DNA of 64,000 nucleotides. Source: the human T2T-CHM13v2.0 reference genome, Homo sapiens. Positions within the stretch are counted from its first letter, which is position 1. Each line of letters starts with the position of its first letter. Below, one piece after another: positions 1 to 13,072 of the stretch. Under the pieces are notes generated by a model, which was not told the DNA's origin, did not search any database, and was given only the letters and a program-made list of their open reading frames with translations. The position numbers were made by a program, and so were the translations under genes. The stretch is taken from the NCBI RefSeq assembly GCF_009914755.1, contig NC_060938.1. One strand, 5' to 3'.

Positions 1-1289
1 TTAAAGAAATATAACTGTGTATTCTATTATTCAAAGAAATATAGTTTTCTCCTAAATTAGTGTGTTTTCTTTCTTTTTTATTTGTTTGGGGTTTTTGCTT
101 TTGTTTTTGGACTCCATAGCTCTTTTCACTCTTAAAAGTTTTTGATGACCTCAAAGAGCATGACAAACATTGATATTTACTTTATTGGAAAATAAAACTA
201 AAAAACTTAAAATGCTCATGTATTGGTTAATTTTAATATGGCAATGATAAATTATTGCTCATTAATAACATCTTAGTAATATTATTAACTTCATTCTGAC
301 CTCATATATCCCCTGAAATTAGTCCTAAAGTATGCGTCTTCCAGAACATTAAAGAGAATAATGAATGGCAACATTTGGAAATGAATTATATTTGCCTTGG
401 TTTATTAAATCTGAGTCTGAAATGCTACAAAGTGTGTTGAAATCTCAGTAAAGTTTGCTTAGTTTGATGGGCTTCTCTCTTTGGTTTACTGTTTATTTTC
501 CTCATCCATAATATAGTTACTACCAATGAGTTTCATGAGAGAAGATATTGCCAAATCAAATGACATCCCTTAGCCTTCCCTAGGCTAAATACATATTGGT
601 AAAATGTTATTAATCTAATATTGCAGAAATTGTACATTGTATGGGAGTTTCCCAGATAGTTGTCAATGTCCTCACTGTCTACAATTCTATTCATCAGTCT
701 TGGTGCTACTTCATCTGATATGAGCCAGCAGCAGAATGGTGTTATAAATCATAATTTCAGTGATTTTTTAAAATGTTAACTTGATTACAACCATGTTTCC
801 TTAGCTTAAATTTAGAATCTTCCAGGACAGCAGTTTCCATGAGATTTGTATCACTTACCTATGAAGCTTTACTAAGATATAGATGCTTAGGATCTATTCC
901 CGACTTAAGGAGTCAATTAGCTGTATATATTTTTGATATATTCTAACTATATGTTTAGTATGTCCATGGTATATTATGACTGAATTATACATTGTAGCTG
1001 AAGTATTTTTCACTATATTTTATCAAGTTTTAAAAGATTAGACATAATAGCCATTCCTGAAAATTGAGTTAATAGTTATGATTATAGTAGATATTTTGTC
1101 TGAAACCTTCTGAATTCACCTCATTATCTTGCTTTTACATGTCACAGAAACAACCACATTTATCAGTTGCATTATTCTTTTTAGGAACTCTCATTAGATC
1201 ATTCTGTTCTGAAATTATCAATTATAAGTTAACTGTAGTCAATTTACATCTTTTGTTACATACAAATAAGTTTTTTGTTTTGCTCTAAT

Positions 1290-1870
1290 GCTTCCCTGAA
1301 AGAACTTGCAATCAGCTTCAGGGTGTACTGTTCCATATACAAGAAATGTCTCAAATCCCTGAAGAAAAGCAATCTGCCACATAGAGGCTTCTGATGGCAT
1401 CATTTAAACAACTTTGAGATTATTCCACTGATGAGTAAAGATTTCCAGTACTCTAGTCAAGAAGCTGATAGTTTACAGGATTGCAAACCCAAAATGAAAT
1501 AGAAAACAAAATTAGTTATATAGGACTGAATGAACTAATGAGGTGTAATTATGATTTTTAAAAGTATATTATTTGTATTTTGATGTTTATTTCCTTAACA
1601 TATGTTTGTTTCATTAATTCATGTTTATTTCCTTAATATTTCACTTTCCCTTTAAGGTATCTATAATTCATAATTAAACAGACTGCTTTTGCAAATTGAT
1701 ATAAAACATTTAAAATGATATATTATTCCCCCCGCCTAACCTATGCAGCATTTCAAAGCTCTGAGTATTTTTTATCTTAATGACAATATAATTGCTTGCA
1801 TAGACTAAATAAGAATCTAAATAATAATGTCTTTTGTCAAGATATAATTTGATAATTTAGTTAATATGCT
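1290..1870 (+). mobile_element. Old ERV1 (MER4-group) internal non-coding fragment
   Basis: Motifs 'ggattgcaaaccc...aattagttatataggactgaatgaactaatgagg' and 'caatataattgcttgcatagactaaataagaatct' resemble MER4-group internal consensus as I recall it; highly diverged. Confidence 0.45.
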
Positions 1871-1879
1871 AACAGATGA

Positions 1880-3060
1880 AATAAAATCAATCATGGAAAA
1901 AACTCAATATAAAACAAGACAAAAAAGAAAAAGAACAAAGAATATATTCAACAAATAAAAAAAAAATAGTAAGCTGATAGATTTTAGCCCCAAAATATCA
2001 GATATCACACACATTGTAAATGTAGCAAATGCTTCAAATGGAAAATAGATTGTAGGTTTGGATAAAAAAACAACTCAAAACCTAAATATGTCCTGGCAAC
2101 CAGAAAGAAATATTAAGTATAGGAATGCAGGTAGATTAAAATTAAAAGATTACCAACATGCAAAAAGACAAATTTTAAACCCTACATCAAACCATACACA
2201 AAATTAACCTGGATTGAATTATAAATCAAAATATGTGATAAAACTATAAACAACCTAGAAGAAAACATGAGAGTAATTATTTATGTCCTTTGATTAGGTA
2301 ATGATTTGTTAAATATGACCCAAAAAGCACAAACAATGAAGCAGTGCAATGATGGCTTTAGCTAATGCAATGAGGCGAGAAATAAAAAGGAATCTATATT
2401 GAAAAGAAAAGAAAGAAAAATCTGCCTTTATTTGCAGACAGCATAATAGTTTATGTAAAAACTAAAATGGGATCTATAAAAGTGATACTAAAATTAATAA
2501 ATAAGAATAGGAAACTGTAGGATACAAGATCAGTATAAAACCTAATTGCATATTTATCAATAAAAATTTAGAAATTAAAATTAACAAAATAATATAATTG
2601 TAAAAAGCAAAAATATTAAATACTTAAAGATAAATCTGACCAAAGATCAGTGTATTGCTGAGAGAAATTAAGGAATACCTAAATAAATAGAAAGATACAT
2701 TATATTCATGACTTGGAAGACTCAGTAACAAGATGTCAGTTTTCTCTGAATTTGTGTATAGATACAATGTAACCCTGATTAAGATACCATTTGGATGTTT
2801 GTAAAACTCAGGAAGCTGATTCTAAAATTAATATGGAAATGGAAAAGAACTAGAAGAGTCAAAACAACTTGGAAAAAAGAAAAGTTTTTATATTAACTCT
2901 ATCTAATTTCAAGAATTATTATAAAACTATGGGAATTAAGACATTGCGATTTTATGCAAAGATAGGTAAATAGGTAAATGGAACAGAAAAGAGAAATCAG
3001 AAATAGATCTATGCATGTATAAACAACTAATTTTAATAAATGTAATACAGTTAAGAGATG
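1880..3060 (+). mobile_element. Old L1M fragments (ORF2 EN start, ORF2 C-terminal piece, RT and post-RT piece) in non-collinear order
   Basis: 'tttatttgcagacagcataatagtttatgta' is a degenerate LFADDMIVY; 'aaaactataaacaacctagaagaaaacat' is ORF2 C-terminal; A-rich sense strand. Confidence 0.75.
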
Positions 3061-3521
3061 ATAGTCTAGAGCACATGGTACTACAACAATTTTTAAGCAG
3101 GATTTCACTTTCCATTGCAACTTGTCAATTTCTTTTATCATTTCTTATAATTGTACCTTTTAGAGTCCAACTGTAAGTCTTTTAAGTTTTTGAGTTTTAG
3201 AGTCCAGTATTTGCCCTCTCGATTCACTTTTTCTCCCTTTCATGATCTCATAGACTTTTTTTTTTATTTGACAAATTCCTCATAGCGAGAAAAGGTATCT
3301 CATGTAATGTGGATCTCTCTGAATTCCCTTATTTTAAAAAATTATTGTCCTTCAAATTTCTTGTTCTTTTATAGCCTTATGAATTCCAACAGATATTTTA
3401 AAAATATTTTCTTCTTCAGAATTTTTTATATTTTGACTATGTCAAGCTACTCTATTATTATTCAAATATGAAATAAGCCTGCGTTGGCTTTTACTTGATT
3501 TTTTTTTATACTATAATGTCA

Positions 3522-3770
3522 TTTTTTTTTTTTATATATGGAGTCTCACTGTGTCGCCCAGGCTGGAGTGCAGTGGCATGAACTCGGCTCACTGCAAGCT
3601 CCGCCTCCCCGGGTTCACGCCATTCTCCTGTCTCAGCTTCCCGGGTAGCTGGGAATACAGGCACCCGCCACCATGCCCAGCTAATTTTTGTATTTTTAGT
3701 AGAGACGGGGTTTCACCGTGTTAGCCAGGATGGTCTCAATCTCCTGACCTCGTGATCCACCTGCCTAGGC
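3522..3770 (-). mobile_element. AluY, 5'-truncated, with 11-bp TSD
   Basis: AluY diagnostics 'gcaagctccgcc', 'gttcacgccattctc', 'ttagccaggatggtctc'; TSD ctataatgtca at 3511-3521 and 3771-3781. Confidence 0.95.
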
Positions 3771-5022
3771 CTATAATGTCACTTATAAGTCCTGAATATT
3801 TCAGGGTTTATCCTTCTTGAGTATCAAGAATTTACTGTTTAGTACTTGTGAAAGTGTCAGCAAATGATGCATAGGAAACGTGTAACATTGACATGAAGAG
3901 AAGCCTTGTATGTGAATGAAGAGTTTTAGTAAACTGAAGGCAGTTGGAGAATATTGAGGCATACAGAGTTTCAGCAGGATTTGCCTTAAGATCCTATGAC
4001 AGGATTGATGAAAAAGAGCATTAGAAGAGAATCAGGGGGAACAATTAAGAGTCCATTGATATTTTAATGTATAGATACTTTTTATAACACATATAATTAC
4101 TTACAATTACTAATACTTTTCACTTTTTTCCAGTGGTCTTTGAGTATTTATTTATATCATTAGGAAAATATTTTAGATTTATGCATTTATTTTCAAATTA
4201 CTATATCAAAATTTGTTTCACCGTTTTGAAATTTACATGTCCAGGGAAACCAGAAGTAACAAAAAAACCCACAAAACTTCCAGTTCGAATCTAAAGGCAT
4301 AATGATGAGAAACTACGAAATAGATTGAAAAGCTGCCACATAATTTGAAATTTAGCTTAAAAAAATCTCAACAAATTATTATTTAATTAAGATTTACTAC
4401 TTCTATATGAAGAAAAATGAAGTATACACACACATTTATATATATATATATATATTGGTAGATGGGGTAAGGAAACAGAGTAAACATTGTCTAATATCAT
4501 AATGGCTAAAAGATCTGCAGTAGTTGGGTTGGGACATTTCTGAAGTGGCTCTGTGAGTTGAGCAAGAGCCACACAAGTGCTCAGTTCTAGTAATTACAAA
4601 ACTCCCTTATATGTTTATTTCTAATATTGATCTCATTTTAAAGTCTACTGTTTCATCTAAAATCAATGTTACTATTTATCTTGCTCAAGACAAAGAAAAG
4701 TACACATATAAATATTAAACATTTTAAAGTATTGAGAGGGCATTACTTACTCGGCTGAACATAGTTCCTTAACTTCTGTCTGCAGTCCACCTTTCCCCTA
4801 TGGAGTGATTTTGTCTCAATACTTAACCAATTGAAACAGCACTAACATTTCCTGAAATATTGTCTCAGGGACAGGAACCCTCCTCCTTCCCTTATTATTT
4901 ACTATAGATTAATGCCAGATAACTGAGGAAAATATTGTGGAGGGAAATCCTTCAATATCATATTCTAGGTTTGACATGGGGTATTTAATACAGTACTCTC
5001 TAAGTTACTACTTTTGGATGTT

Positions 5023-5106
5023 CTCTCAAACTGTGAGCAAAATAAATGAAGGATTTTTTTTCTCAAAATTTTGCTCTCAAACTGTGAGCAAAAATAAATG
5101 AGGGAT
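5023..5106. repeat. Direct repeat of about 32 bp with a 19-bp spacer
   Basis: ctctcaaactgtgagcaaaataaatgaaggat (5023-5054) versus ctctcaaactgtgagcaaaaataaatgagggat (5074-5106). Confidence 0.9.
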
Positions 5107-5722
5107 ATAGAAATCAATTCATAATGGTTTTTTAAAAACATAGGTACATGAACATGTACATCTGCTGAATACAAGTGAAGTAAAAAATAGTAGAATCTAG
5201 ATTACCTTTTTTAAAGATGATCAATGACAGAATTACAAGAGATATGTATTAAAAATATCATGCTTAAGACCTAGTAAATCAGAATTTATGTTCATGCTCA
5301 CATGGCTTAAAGTTGAAGGCCATGTCTGTGAATCCATAAAAAAGAAGACAAACTTTCTCCAGAAGTAACCACATCTGTGCTTGCTGTTAATTGTACAATA
5401 TATTATTAAGCAGACATTGCCTATTTCCTACCTTCTAGACGATTCTTAAAGTTCATTACTTTCTATGAACATATTACTAAAATATTTTGAAAGAGGATTC
5501 TATTAGTATTTATACTCTATTCAGGTGTAACCTAGTATAAACCAAAACTCTCTTGTGCAAACTGTCTTAAGGCCATTCCACAAATAGAAATCCATGAATG
5601 TACCGGAAATCACAAACACACACACAAAGTTCCATTGAAAACACCAAGATAACTTCTTTTCTATATTTTTTCACATTATATTCCTGAGCAGAGGATTTCA
5701 ACTGACTTCTCAGTAAGGCTAC

Positions 5723-6744
5723 TTTTGTAAATTTTTTAGAATAAATTATATATAACATGATATTTACCATGTTAACCATTTTAAGTGTATAGTTCGCTAG
5801 CATTAATGCTTTCATATTGTTGTGCAATCATCACCATCATCCATCTCCAAAATTCTTTTCATCTTGCAATAATGAAACTCGACATTCATTGAAGAAGAAC
5901 TAACCGTTTTCCCCGGGCCCTTGCAGGATTCTTACAACCACCATTCTTTTTTTTCTCTATTTATAATCTTCACTACTCTAATTACCTTATGTAAGTGTAA
6001 TAACATGGTATTTGTCACTTTGTGATTGGCTTAATCCACTTAGCATAATATCCTCAAGATTCATTCATCTTATCAGAATTTCCTTCCTTTTTAAAACAAT
6101 AATATTCCATTGTATGTACACACCTAATTTTGCTTTTGATTCATCTGTCCATAGACACTTGGGTGCTTACATGACTTAATTATTGTAAATAATGTTGGTA
6201 TGAACATGGATGTACAAATACATCTTTCAGAAGCTGCTTTTAATTATTTGGGGTATATACTCACATGTGGAAATGGAGAACCATAAGGCAATTCTACTTT
6301 TTAATTATTTGAGGAACTGACCTACTATTTTCCAAAGAAACTGGATTATTTTACATTCCCAATAAAGTGCACGAGGGTTCCAGTTTTTCCATATGTTTGC
6401 CAACACTTATTTTCTGTTTATGATAGTACCCATCTTAATGAGTGTAAGGTGGTATCTCATTGTAGTTTTGACTTATGTTTATGATGATAAATGATGATAA
6501 GCATCTTTTAACGTGCTTATTGGATATTCATATAACTTTTTTGGATAAATGTCTAATAAAATCTTTTGTCCATCTTTGAGTGGGGTAGTTTGTTTTGTTG
6601 GTGGTGTTGAGTTTTAGAAGTTTTCTATATATTCCAGATATTTATCCCTTATGAGATACATATGATTTGGAAACATATTTTCCATTCTACGGGATGTCTT
6701 TTTATTATGTTGATAGTGCCTTTGATAAAAAAATTGTTTAAAGC
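5723..6744 (-). mobile_element. L1MB-type element, 3' UTR and ORF2 end (host of the L1PA insert)
   Basis: 'ttaaccattttaagtgtatagttc...tgtgcaatcatcaccatcatccatctccaaaattc' is a typical L1MB 3' end in antisense; sequence resumes at about 10148. Confidence 0.85.
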
Positions 6745-8718
6745 TTTTTTTATATATACTTTAAGCTCTGGGATACATGTGCATAACGTGCAGGTTTGTT
6801 ACATAGGTATACATGTGTCATGGTGGTTTGCTGCACCCATCAACCCATCATTTACATTAGGTATTTCTCCTAATGCTATCCCTCCCCTAATTCCGCACCC
6901 CCTGACAGGCCCTGGTGTGTGATATTCCTCTCCCTGTGTCCGTGTATTCTCATTGTTCAACTCTCGCTTATGAATGAGAACAGGCAGTGTTTGGTTTTCT
7001 GTTCCTGTGTGAGTTTGCTGAGAATGATGGTTTCCAGCTTCATCCATGTCCCTGCAAAGGACATGAACTCATCCTTCTTTATGGCTGCATACTATTCCAT
7101 GGCGTATATGTGTCACGTTTTCTTTATCCAGTCTATCATTGATGTGCATTTGGGTCGGCTCCAAGTCTTTGCTGTTGTGAATAGTGCTGCAGTAAACATA
7201 CATGTGCATGTATCTTTATAGTAAAATGATTTATAATCCTTTGGGTGTATACCCAGTAACGGGATTGCTGGGTCAAATGATATTTCTGGTTCTAGGTCCA
7301 GGAGGAATCGCCACACTGACTTCTACAATGGTTGAACTAATTTACACTCCCACCAAGAATATAAAAACATTCCTATTGTTTCACATCCTCTCCAGCATCT
7401 GTTGTTTCCTGACTTTTTAATGATCGCCATTCTAAATAGCATGAAGACGGTACCTCATTGTGGTTTTGATTTGCATTTCTCTAATGACCAGTGATGATGA
7501 GCTTTTTTTCATATGTCTGTTGGCTGCATGAAAGTCTTCTTTTGAGAAATGTCTGTTCATATAGTTCACCCACTTTTTGATGGGGTTGTTTTTTTCTTGT
7601 AAATTTGTTTAAGTTCCTTATACACTTTGGATATTAGCCCTTTGTCAGATGGATAGATTGCAAAATTTTTCTCCCATTCTGTAGGTTGCCTGTTCACTCT
7701 GATGATCGTTTATGTTGCTGTGCAGAAACTCTTTAGCTTAATTAGATCCCATTTGTCAATTTTGGCTTTTGTTGCCATTGCTTTTGGTTTTTTAGTCATG
7801 AAGTCTTTGCACATGCCTATGTCCTGAATGATATTGCCTAGGTTTTCTTCTAGGGTTTTTATGGCTTTAGGTCTTACTTTTAAGTCTTTAATCCAACTTG
7901 AGTTAATTTTTGTATAAGGTGTAAGTAAGGGGTTCAATTTCAGTTTTCTGCATGTGGCTAGCCAGTTTTCCCTACACCATTTATTAAATAGGGAATCCTT
8001 TCCCCATTTCTTGTTTTTGTCAGGTTTGTCAAAGATCAGATTGTTGTAGATGTATGACATTATTTCTGAGGCCTCTGTTCTTTTCCATTGGTCTGTATAA
8101 CTGTTTTGGTAACAGTACCATGTTGTTTTTGTTACTGTAGCCTTGTAGTATAGTTTGAAGTCAGGTAGCATAATGCCGCTAGCTTTGTTCTTTTTGCTTA
8201 GGATTGTCTTGGCTATATTAGCTTTTTTTTTAGTTCCATGTGAAATTTAAAGTAGTTTGTTTCTAACTTTGTGAAGAAACTCAGTGATAGCTTGATGGGA
8301 ATAGCATTGCATCTGTAAATTACTTTGGGCAGTATGGTCATTTTCACAATATTGATTCTTCTTCTTCATGAGCATGGAATGTTTTTCCATTTGTTTGTGT
8401 CCTCTCTTATTTCCTTGATCAGTGTTTTGTAGTTCCCCTTGAAGATGTCCTTCACATCCCTTGTTAGTTGTATTCCTAGGTATTTTATTCTCTTTGTAGC
8501 AATTGTGAATTGCCCTGGCCAGAAATTCAGTACTATGTGGAACAGGAGTGATGAGAGAGGGAATCGTTGTCTTGTGCCCGTTTTCAAAGGGAATGCTTCC
8601 AGCTTTGCACATTCAGTATGATACTGGCTGTGGTTTTTTCACAAATAGCTCTTATCATTTTGAGATACGTTCCATCAATACTTAGTTTATTGAGATTTTT
8701 TTAGCATGAAGAGGTGTT
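6745..8718 (-). mobile_element. L1PA (about PA7/8) 3' half: ORF2 RT to C-terminus, 3' UTR and poly(A), with internal deletion near 8510
   Basis: ORF 7710-8171 [15 protein letters not shown]...[16 protein letters not shown]; ORF 8366-8587 KTGTRQ...[14 protein letters not shown]; L1PA 3' UTR at 6745-7000. Confidence 0.95.
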
Positions 8719-10147
8719 AGTAGCATTAACATCAACAAAAGGGATGTCCACACAAAAACCCCATCCAAAGGTCACCGACATCAAAGATCAAAGGTAGATA
8801 AATCCACGAAGATGAGGAGAAAACAGTGCAAAAGTTGAAAATTCCAAAAACCAGAATGCCTCTTCTCCTCCAAAGGATCATAACTCCTCACCAGCAAGGG
8901 AACAAAACTGGTCAGAGAATGAGTTTGACAAACTGACAGAAGTAGAATTCAGAAGGTGGGTAATAACAAACTCCTCTGAGCTAAAGGAGCATGTTCTAAC
9001 CCAATGCAAGGAAGCTAAGAATCTTGAAAAAAGTTACAGAAACTGCTAAGTAGAATAACCAGTTTAGAGAAGAACATAAATGATCTGATGGAGCTGAAAA
9101 ACACAGCATGAGAACTTCGTGAATCATACACAAGTATCAATAGCCGAATCGTTCAAGTGGAAGAAAGGATATCAGAGATTGAAGATCAACTTAATGAAAT
9201 AAAGCATGAAGACGAAATTAGAGAAAAAAAATAAAAAGAAAGAACAAAGCCTCCAAGAAATATGGGACTATGTAAAAAGACGAAACCTACGTTTGATTGG
9301 TGTACTTAAAAGTGACGAGGAGAATGGAACCAAGTTGGAAAACAGTCTTCAGGATATTATCTAGGAGAACATCCCTATCCTAGTAAGACAGGCCAACATT
9401 CAAATTCAAAAAATACAGAGAACACCACAAAGATACTCCTCAAGAAGAGCAACCCCAAGACGTATAATCATCAGATTCATCAAGGTTGAAATGAAGGAAA
9501 AATCTTAAGGGCAGCCCGAGAGAAAGGTCCCACAAAGGGAAGCCCATCAGACTAACAGCAGATCTCTCTGCAGGAACCCTACAAGCCAGAAGAGAGTGGG
9601 GGCCAATATTCAACATTGTTGAAGAAAAGAATATTCAACCCAGAATTTCATATCCAGCCAAACTAAGTTTCATAAGTGAAGGAGAAATAAAAATTTTTAC
9701 AGACAAGCAAATGCTAAGAGATTTTGTCACCACCAGGCCTGCCTTACAAGAGCCCCTGAAGGAAGCACTAAATATGGAAAGGACAAAACTGGTACCAGCC
9801 ACTGCAAAAACATACCAAATTGCAAAGACCATTGAAACTATGAAGAAACTGTATCAACTAATGGGCAAAATAACCAGCTAGCGTCATAGTGACGGGATCA
9901 AATTCACACATAACAATATTAACATTAAATATAAAAGGGCTAAATGCCCCAATTAAAAGACACAGACGGGCAAATTGGATAAAAAGTCAAGACCTATCAG
10001 TGTGCTGTATTAAGGAGACCTTTCTCACATGCAAAGACACACATAGGCTCAAAATAAAGAGATGGAGGAATATTTACTAAGCAAAGGGAAAGCAAAAAAA
10101 CAAAAAATAAAAATTAAAAAAAAGCAAGGGTTACAATCCTAGTCTCT
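8719..10147 (+). mobile_element. Inverted 5' part of L1PA: 5' UTR end, decayed ORF1 (about 8812-9830) and ORF2 EN start (9889)
   Basis: ORF 9889-10080 TGSNSHITILTLNIKGLNAPIKRHR is the L1 ORF2 N-terminus; ORF1 motifs 'gaaatatgggactatgtaaaaaga' and 'tcatatccagccaaactaag'. Confidence 0.95.
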
Positions 10148-10246
10148 AAAATTTTAATAAAATTTAATTTATCTACTATTTTCTTTTGTTGCCTGTGCCT
10201 TGGTATTATATTCAAGAATTCATGGTCAACTCCAATGTCAAGAAGG

Positions 10247-10312
10247 TTTTGCCATATTTTATTTTAAGACTTTTATAGATTTTGCCATATTTTATTTTAA
10301 GACTTCTATAGA
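10247..10312. repeat. 33-bp tandem duplication
   Basis: ttttgccatattttattttaagactt(t/c)tataga twice, one mismatch. Confidence 0.9.
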
Positions 10313-11187
10313 TTTATGTTTTACATTTTTGTTTTTGATCCATTTTGAGGATCAAAAAATGTAACACCATAATTTTTTATTATGGTGTTACATAAAGGTC
10401 AAGCTTCATTCTTTTCCGTGTTCATAATTAGGCTTCCCAGTGCCACTTGATGAAAAGACTTTCCTTTACCATTAAATGGTCTTGATATCCTTGTTGCAAA
10501 GCATTTGACCATTCATGCATGAGTTTATTTCTGGGCTCTCCATTCTATTTTATCTGTTTATAGATCTGTATTTATGCCAGCCGCACTCTGTTTTGATCAC
10601 TGTAGATTTGTAGTTAAGTTTTAAATCAGTAAGTGTAATTTCTTAAGCTTTTTTTTTTTCAAGAATATTTTGACTATTTAAAGTCCCTTTCTATTTTTGC
10701 AAAACAGTCATCAGAATTTTGGTTAACATTCCATTAAATCCATAAATCTTTTTTATTAGTATTGAATCTAAATAATATCAACTCTTTTCAACTCATGATT
10801 ATAAGATGGATATTCATATATTTACATCTTCAATTTTTTTCAGCACTGTTTTATAGTTTTCATTGTAAAAGATTTTTGCTTTCTTGGTTAGGAATAAGTA
10901 AGTATTTTATCTTTTTGATACTATTTTTGTTGATTTCTTTTTAGATTGTTTATTGTTAATGTATAAAATAAAACTTATTTTTATGTTAATTTGATATCCT
11001 GGAATTTTACTAAATTCACTTATTCTAAAAGTTTTTAAATACTGTTTTAGTATTTTTTACACCTTTTCTAAAATTAGAATTTCATTTCTTGCTTTCCAGG
11101 CTGAATGTCTTTGTTTTCTTGTTCTTGCCTAATTGCTCTGGCTAGGCCTTCCAATATTTTTGTTCTTGATATTTGAGAAAAAATAAC

Positions 11188-11549
11188 TGATATAATTTGG
11201 CTGTGTCCCCATGCAAATCTCATCCTGAATTGTAGTTCCCATAATCCTCACATGTTGTGGGATGGACCCAGTGGGAGGTAATTCAATCATGGGTGTGGGT
11301 CTTCCAGTGCTGTTTTATTGATAGTGAGTAAGTCTCATGAGATCTGATTGCTTTATAAAGGGGAGTTCTCCTACCCACTCTCTCTTGCCTGCTTCCATGT
11401 AAAACGTGTCTTGTGTCCCTTTCACCTTCTGCCATGATTGTGAGGCCTCCCCAGCCATGTGGAACTGTGAGTGAATTAGACATCTCTCCTTTATAAATTA
11501 CCCAGTCTCGGATATGTCTTTATTAGCAGTGTGAGAACAGACTAATACA
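11188..11549 (+). mobile_element. THE1 (B/C-like) solo LTR, ERVL-MaLR
   Basis: Starts tgatataatttggctgtgtcccc, ends gagaacagactaataca; about 360 bp; degenerate 5-bp TSD ataac/aagac. Confidence 0.92.
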
Positions 11550-12828
11550 AAGACTTTCCATATTTTACTATAAAATATGATATTTTCTGTGGATTTTTCA
11601 TATATAGTTACTGTTTTGCTGAAGTGATTTTTATGCCTACTCTGTCAAGTGTTTTATTATGAAAGGATGTTGAATTGTGCCGAATGTATTTTCTGTACCA
11701 ATTGAAATAGTCGTATTTGTGTTTTTTCTACATTTTGTTAATGTGGTGTGTAACCGTTACTAATTTTTATCTATTGAGCCATCCTTTCATTCCAGGAACA
11801 AATCCCTCTTGGTCATGGTGTTTAACTTTTTAATATGCTGCTAATTTCAGTTTGCTGGTATTTTTTTGAGGAACTTGCATCAAAGTTTATAAGATATATT
11901 GTTCTGTAGTTTTGTTTTTCTATAATGTCTTTGCCTGTCTTTGGCATAAGAATAATGCTGTCTGATAGAGTACGTTAGAAAATGTTCCCTCTACAAACTT
12001 TTGGAAAAATTTGAGAAAAATTAGTGTTAGTTTTTTTTAAATGTTTGATAAATTTCACTAGTGAAACCATCAGATCTAGGTTTTTTCTTTGTTGGAAGAT
12101 TTTTGATTACTAATTCAACCTGCTAGCAAGTCTACTCACATTTTGAAATTTTTTAGGGTTTAGTTTTAATAAGTTTTAAGTTTCTAGAACTCTGTGTATT
12201 TCATCTAGGTTATCTAACTTACTAGAGGATAATTATTCACAGTACTCTCATAATATTTTATATTTCTGTAGAGTAAGTAGTAATATCTTCTAGTTTTTTT
12301 CTACTCATCGTGATTTGAGGATTCTCTTTTTTTTTCAGTTATGCTAGCTATATGTAGGTCAGTTCTTTTGATCTTTCCAGGGAACTAACGTTTTTTTTAA
12401 ATTTTTTTCTGTTAGTTATCTATTCTCTATTTCATTTATCTGTGCTATAATCGTTACTGTTTGTTTCCTTCTGCTTTTAGTTTTTGTTTTTCCTGTTTTT
12501 TTCTGGGGGAGGGGGATTCTCATATTGTAAAAGCAGGTTGTTGATTTGAGATTTTAATTCTTTTTTAATGCAAGCATTCATAAATACAAAGTTACCATGT
12601 GGCTCTTCTTTCACTGTGTTCATAAGTTTGGTATGTTGGGTTTTACTTTTTATTTGTCTCTAATCCCTAATTTCCCTGTGATTTCTTCTTTGATCTGCTG
12701 TTTAAAAACTTGTTTACTTTCCAAATATTTGAGAGTTTTCCAGTTTTCCTTCTGTTATTGGTTTCTAACTTAATCCTACTAGTGATATATTAGAGAAGAT
12801 ACTCTGTAAGTTATCTAAATAGTGATAC

Positions 12829-13034
12829 TACACACACACACATATATATACGTGTATATATATACATATATGTATATATATACGTATATATATACATATA
12901 TGTGTATATATACGTATATATATACATATATGTATATATACATATATGTATATATATACGTATATATATACATATATGTATATATACATATATGTATATA
13001 TATACGTATATATATACATATATGTATATATATA
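12829..13034. repeat. (CA)/(TA) compound microsatellite with higher-order units
   Basis: About 200 bp of alternating purine/pyrimidine with recurring tatatacatatatgtatatatatacg; explains the YI/YT/YV ORFs. Confidence 0.97.
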
Positions 13035-13072
13035 TTCTGTTTCTCTTGGGATCTCTGACTTATAAATTTAGA
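13035..13072 (+). mobile_element. MLT2-like LTR 3' end after the microsatellite; a second similar end lies at about 13311-13345
   Basis: 'ttctgtttctcttggggatctctgacttata' resembles the MLT2 end 'ttctgtttctctggagaaccctgactaataca'. Confidence 0.5.

Larger units (their letters stand above)
10148..12815 (-). mobile_element. Continuation of the old L1MB ORF2, interrupted by a THE1 LTR
   Basis: T-rich antisense L1 ORF2, e.g. 'cctaattgctctggctaggccttccaata' and 'gtgaaaccatcagatctagg'. Confidence 0.85.

Noticed and set aside
815-960. Possible MER5-like DNA transposon remnant
   Set aside because: Too diverged; termini not recognisable
5023-5106. Repeat-spacer-repeat pattern resembling CRISPR
   Set aside because: Only two copies, eukaryotic context, no cas genes
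7710-8171. 153-aa ORF that looks like a real protein
   Set aside because: Fragment of dead L1 ORF2; the element is inverted and deleted
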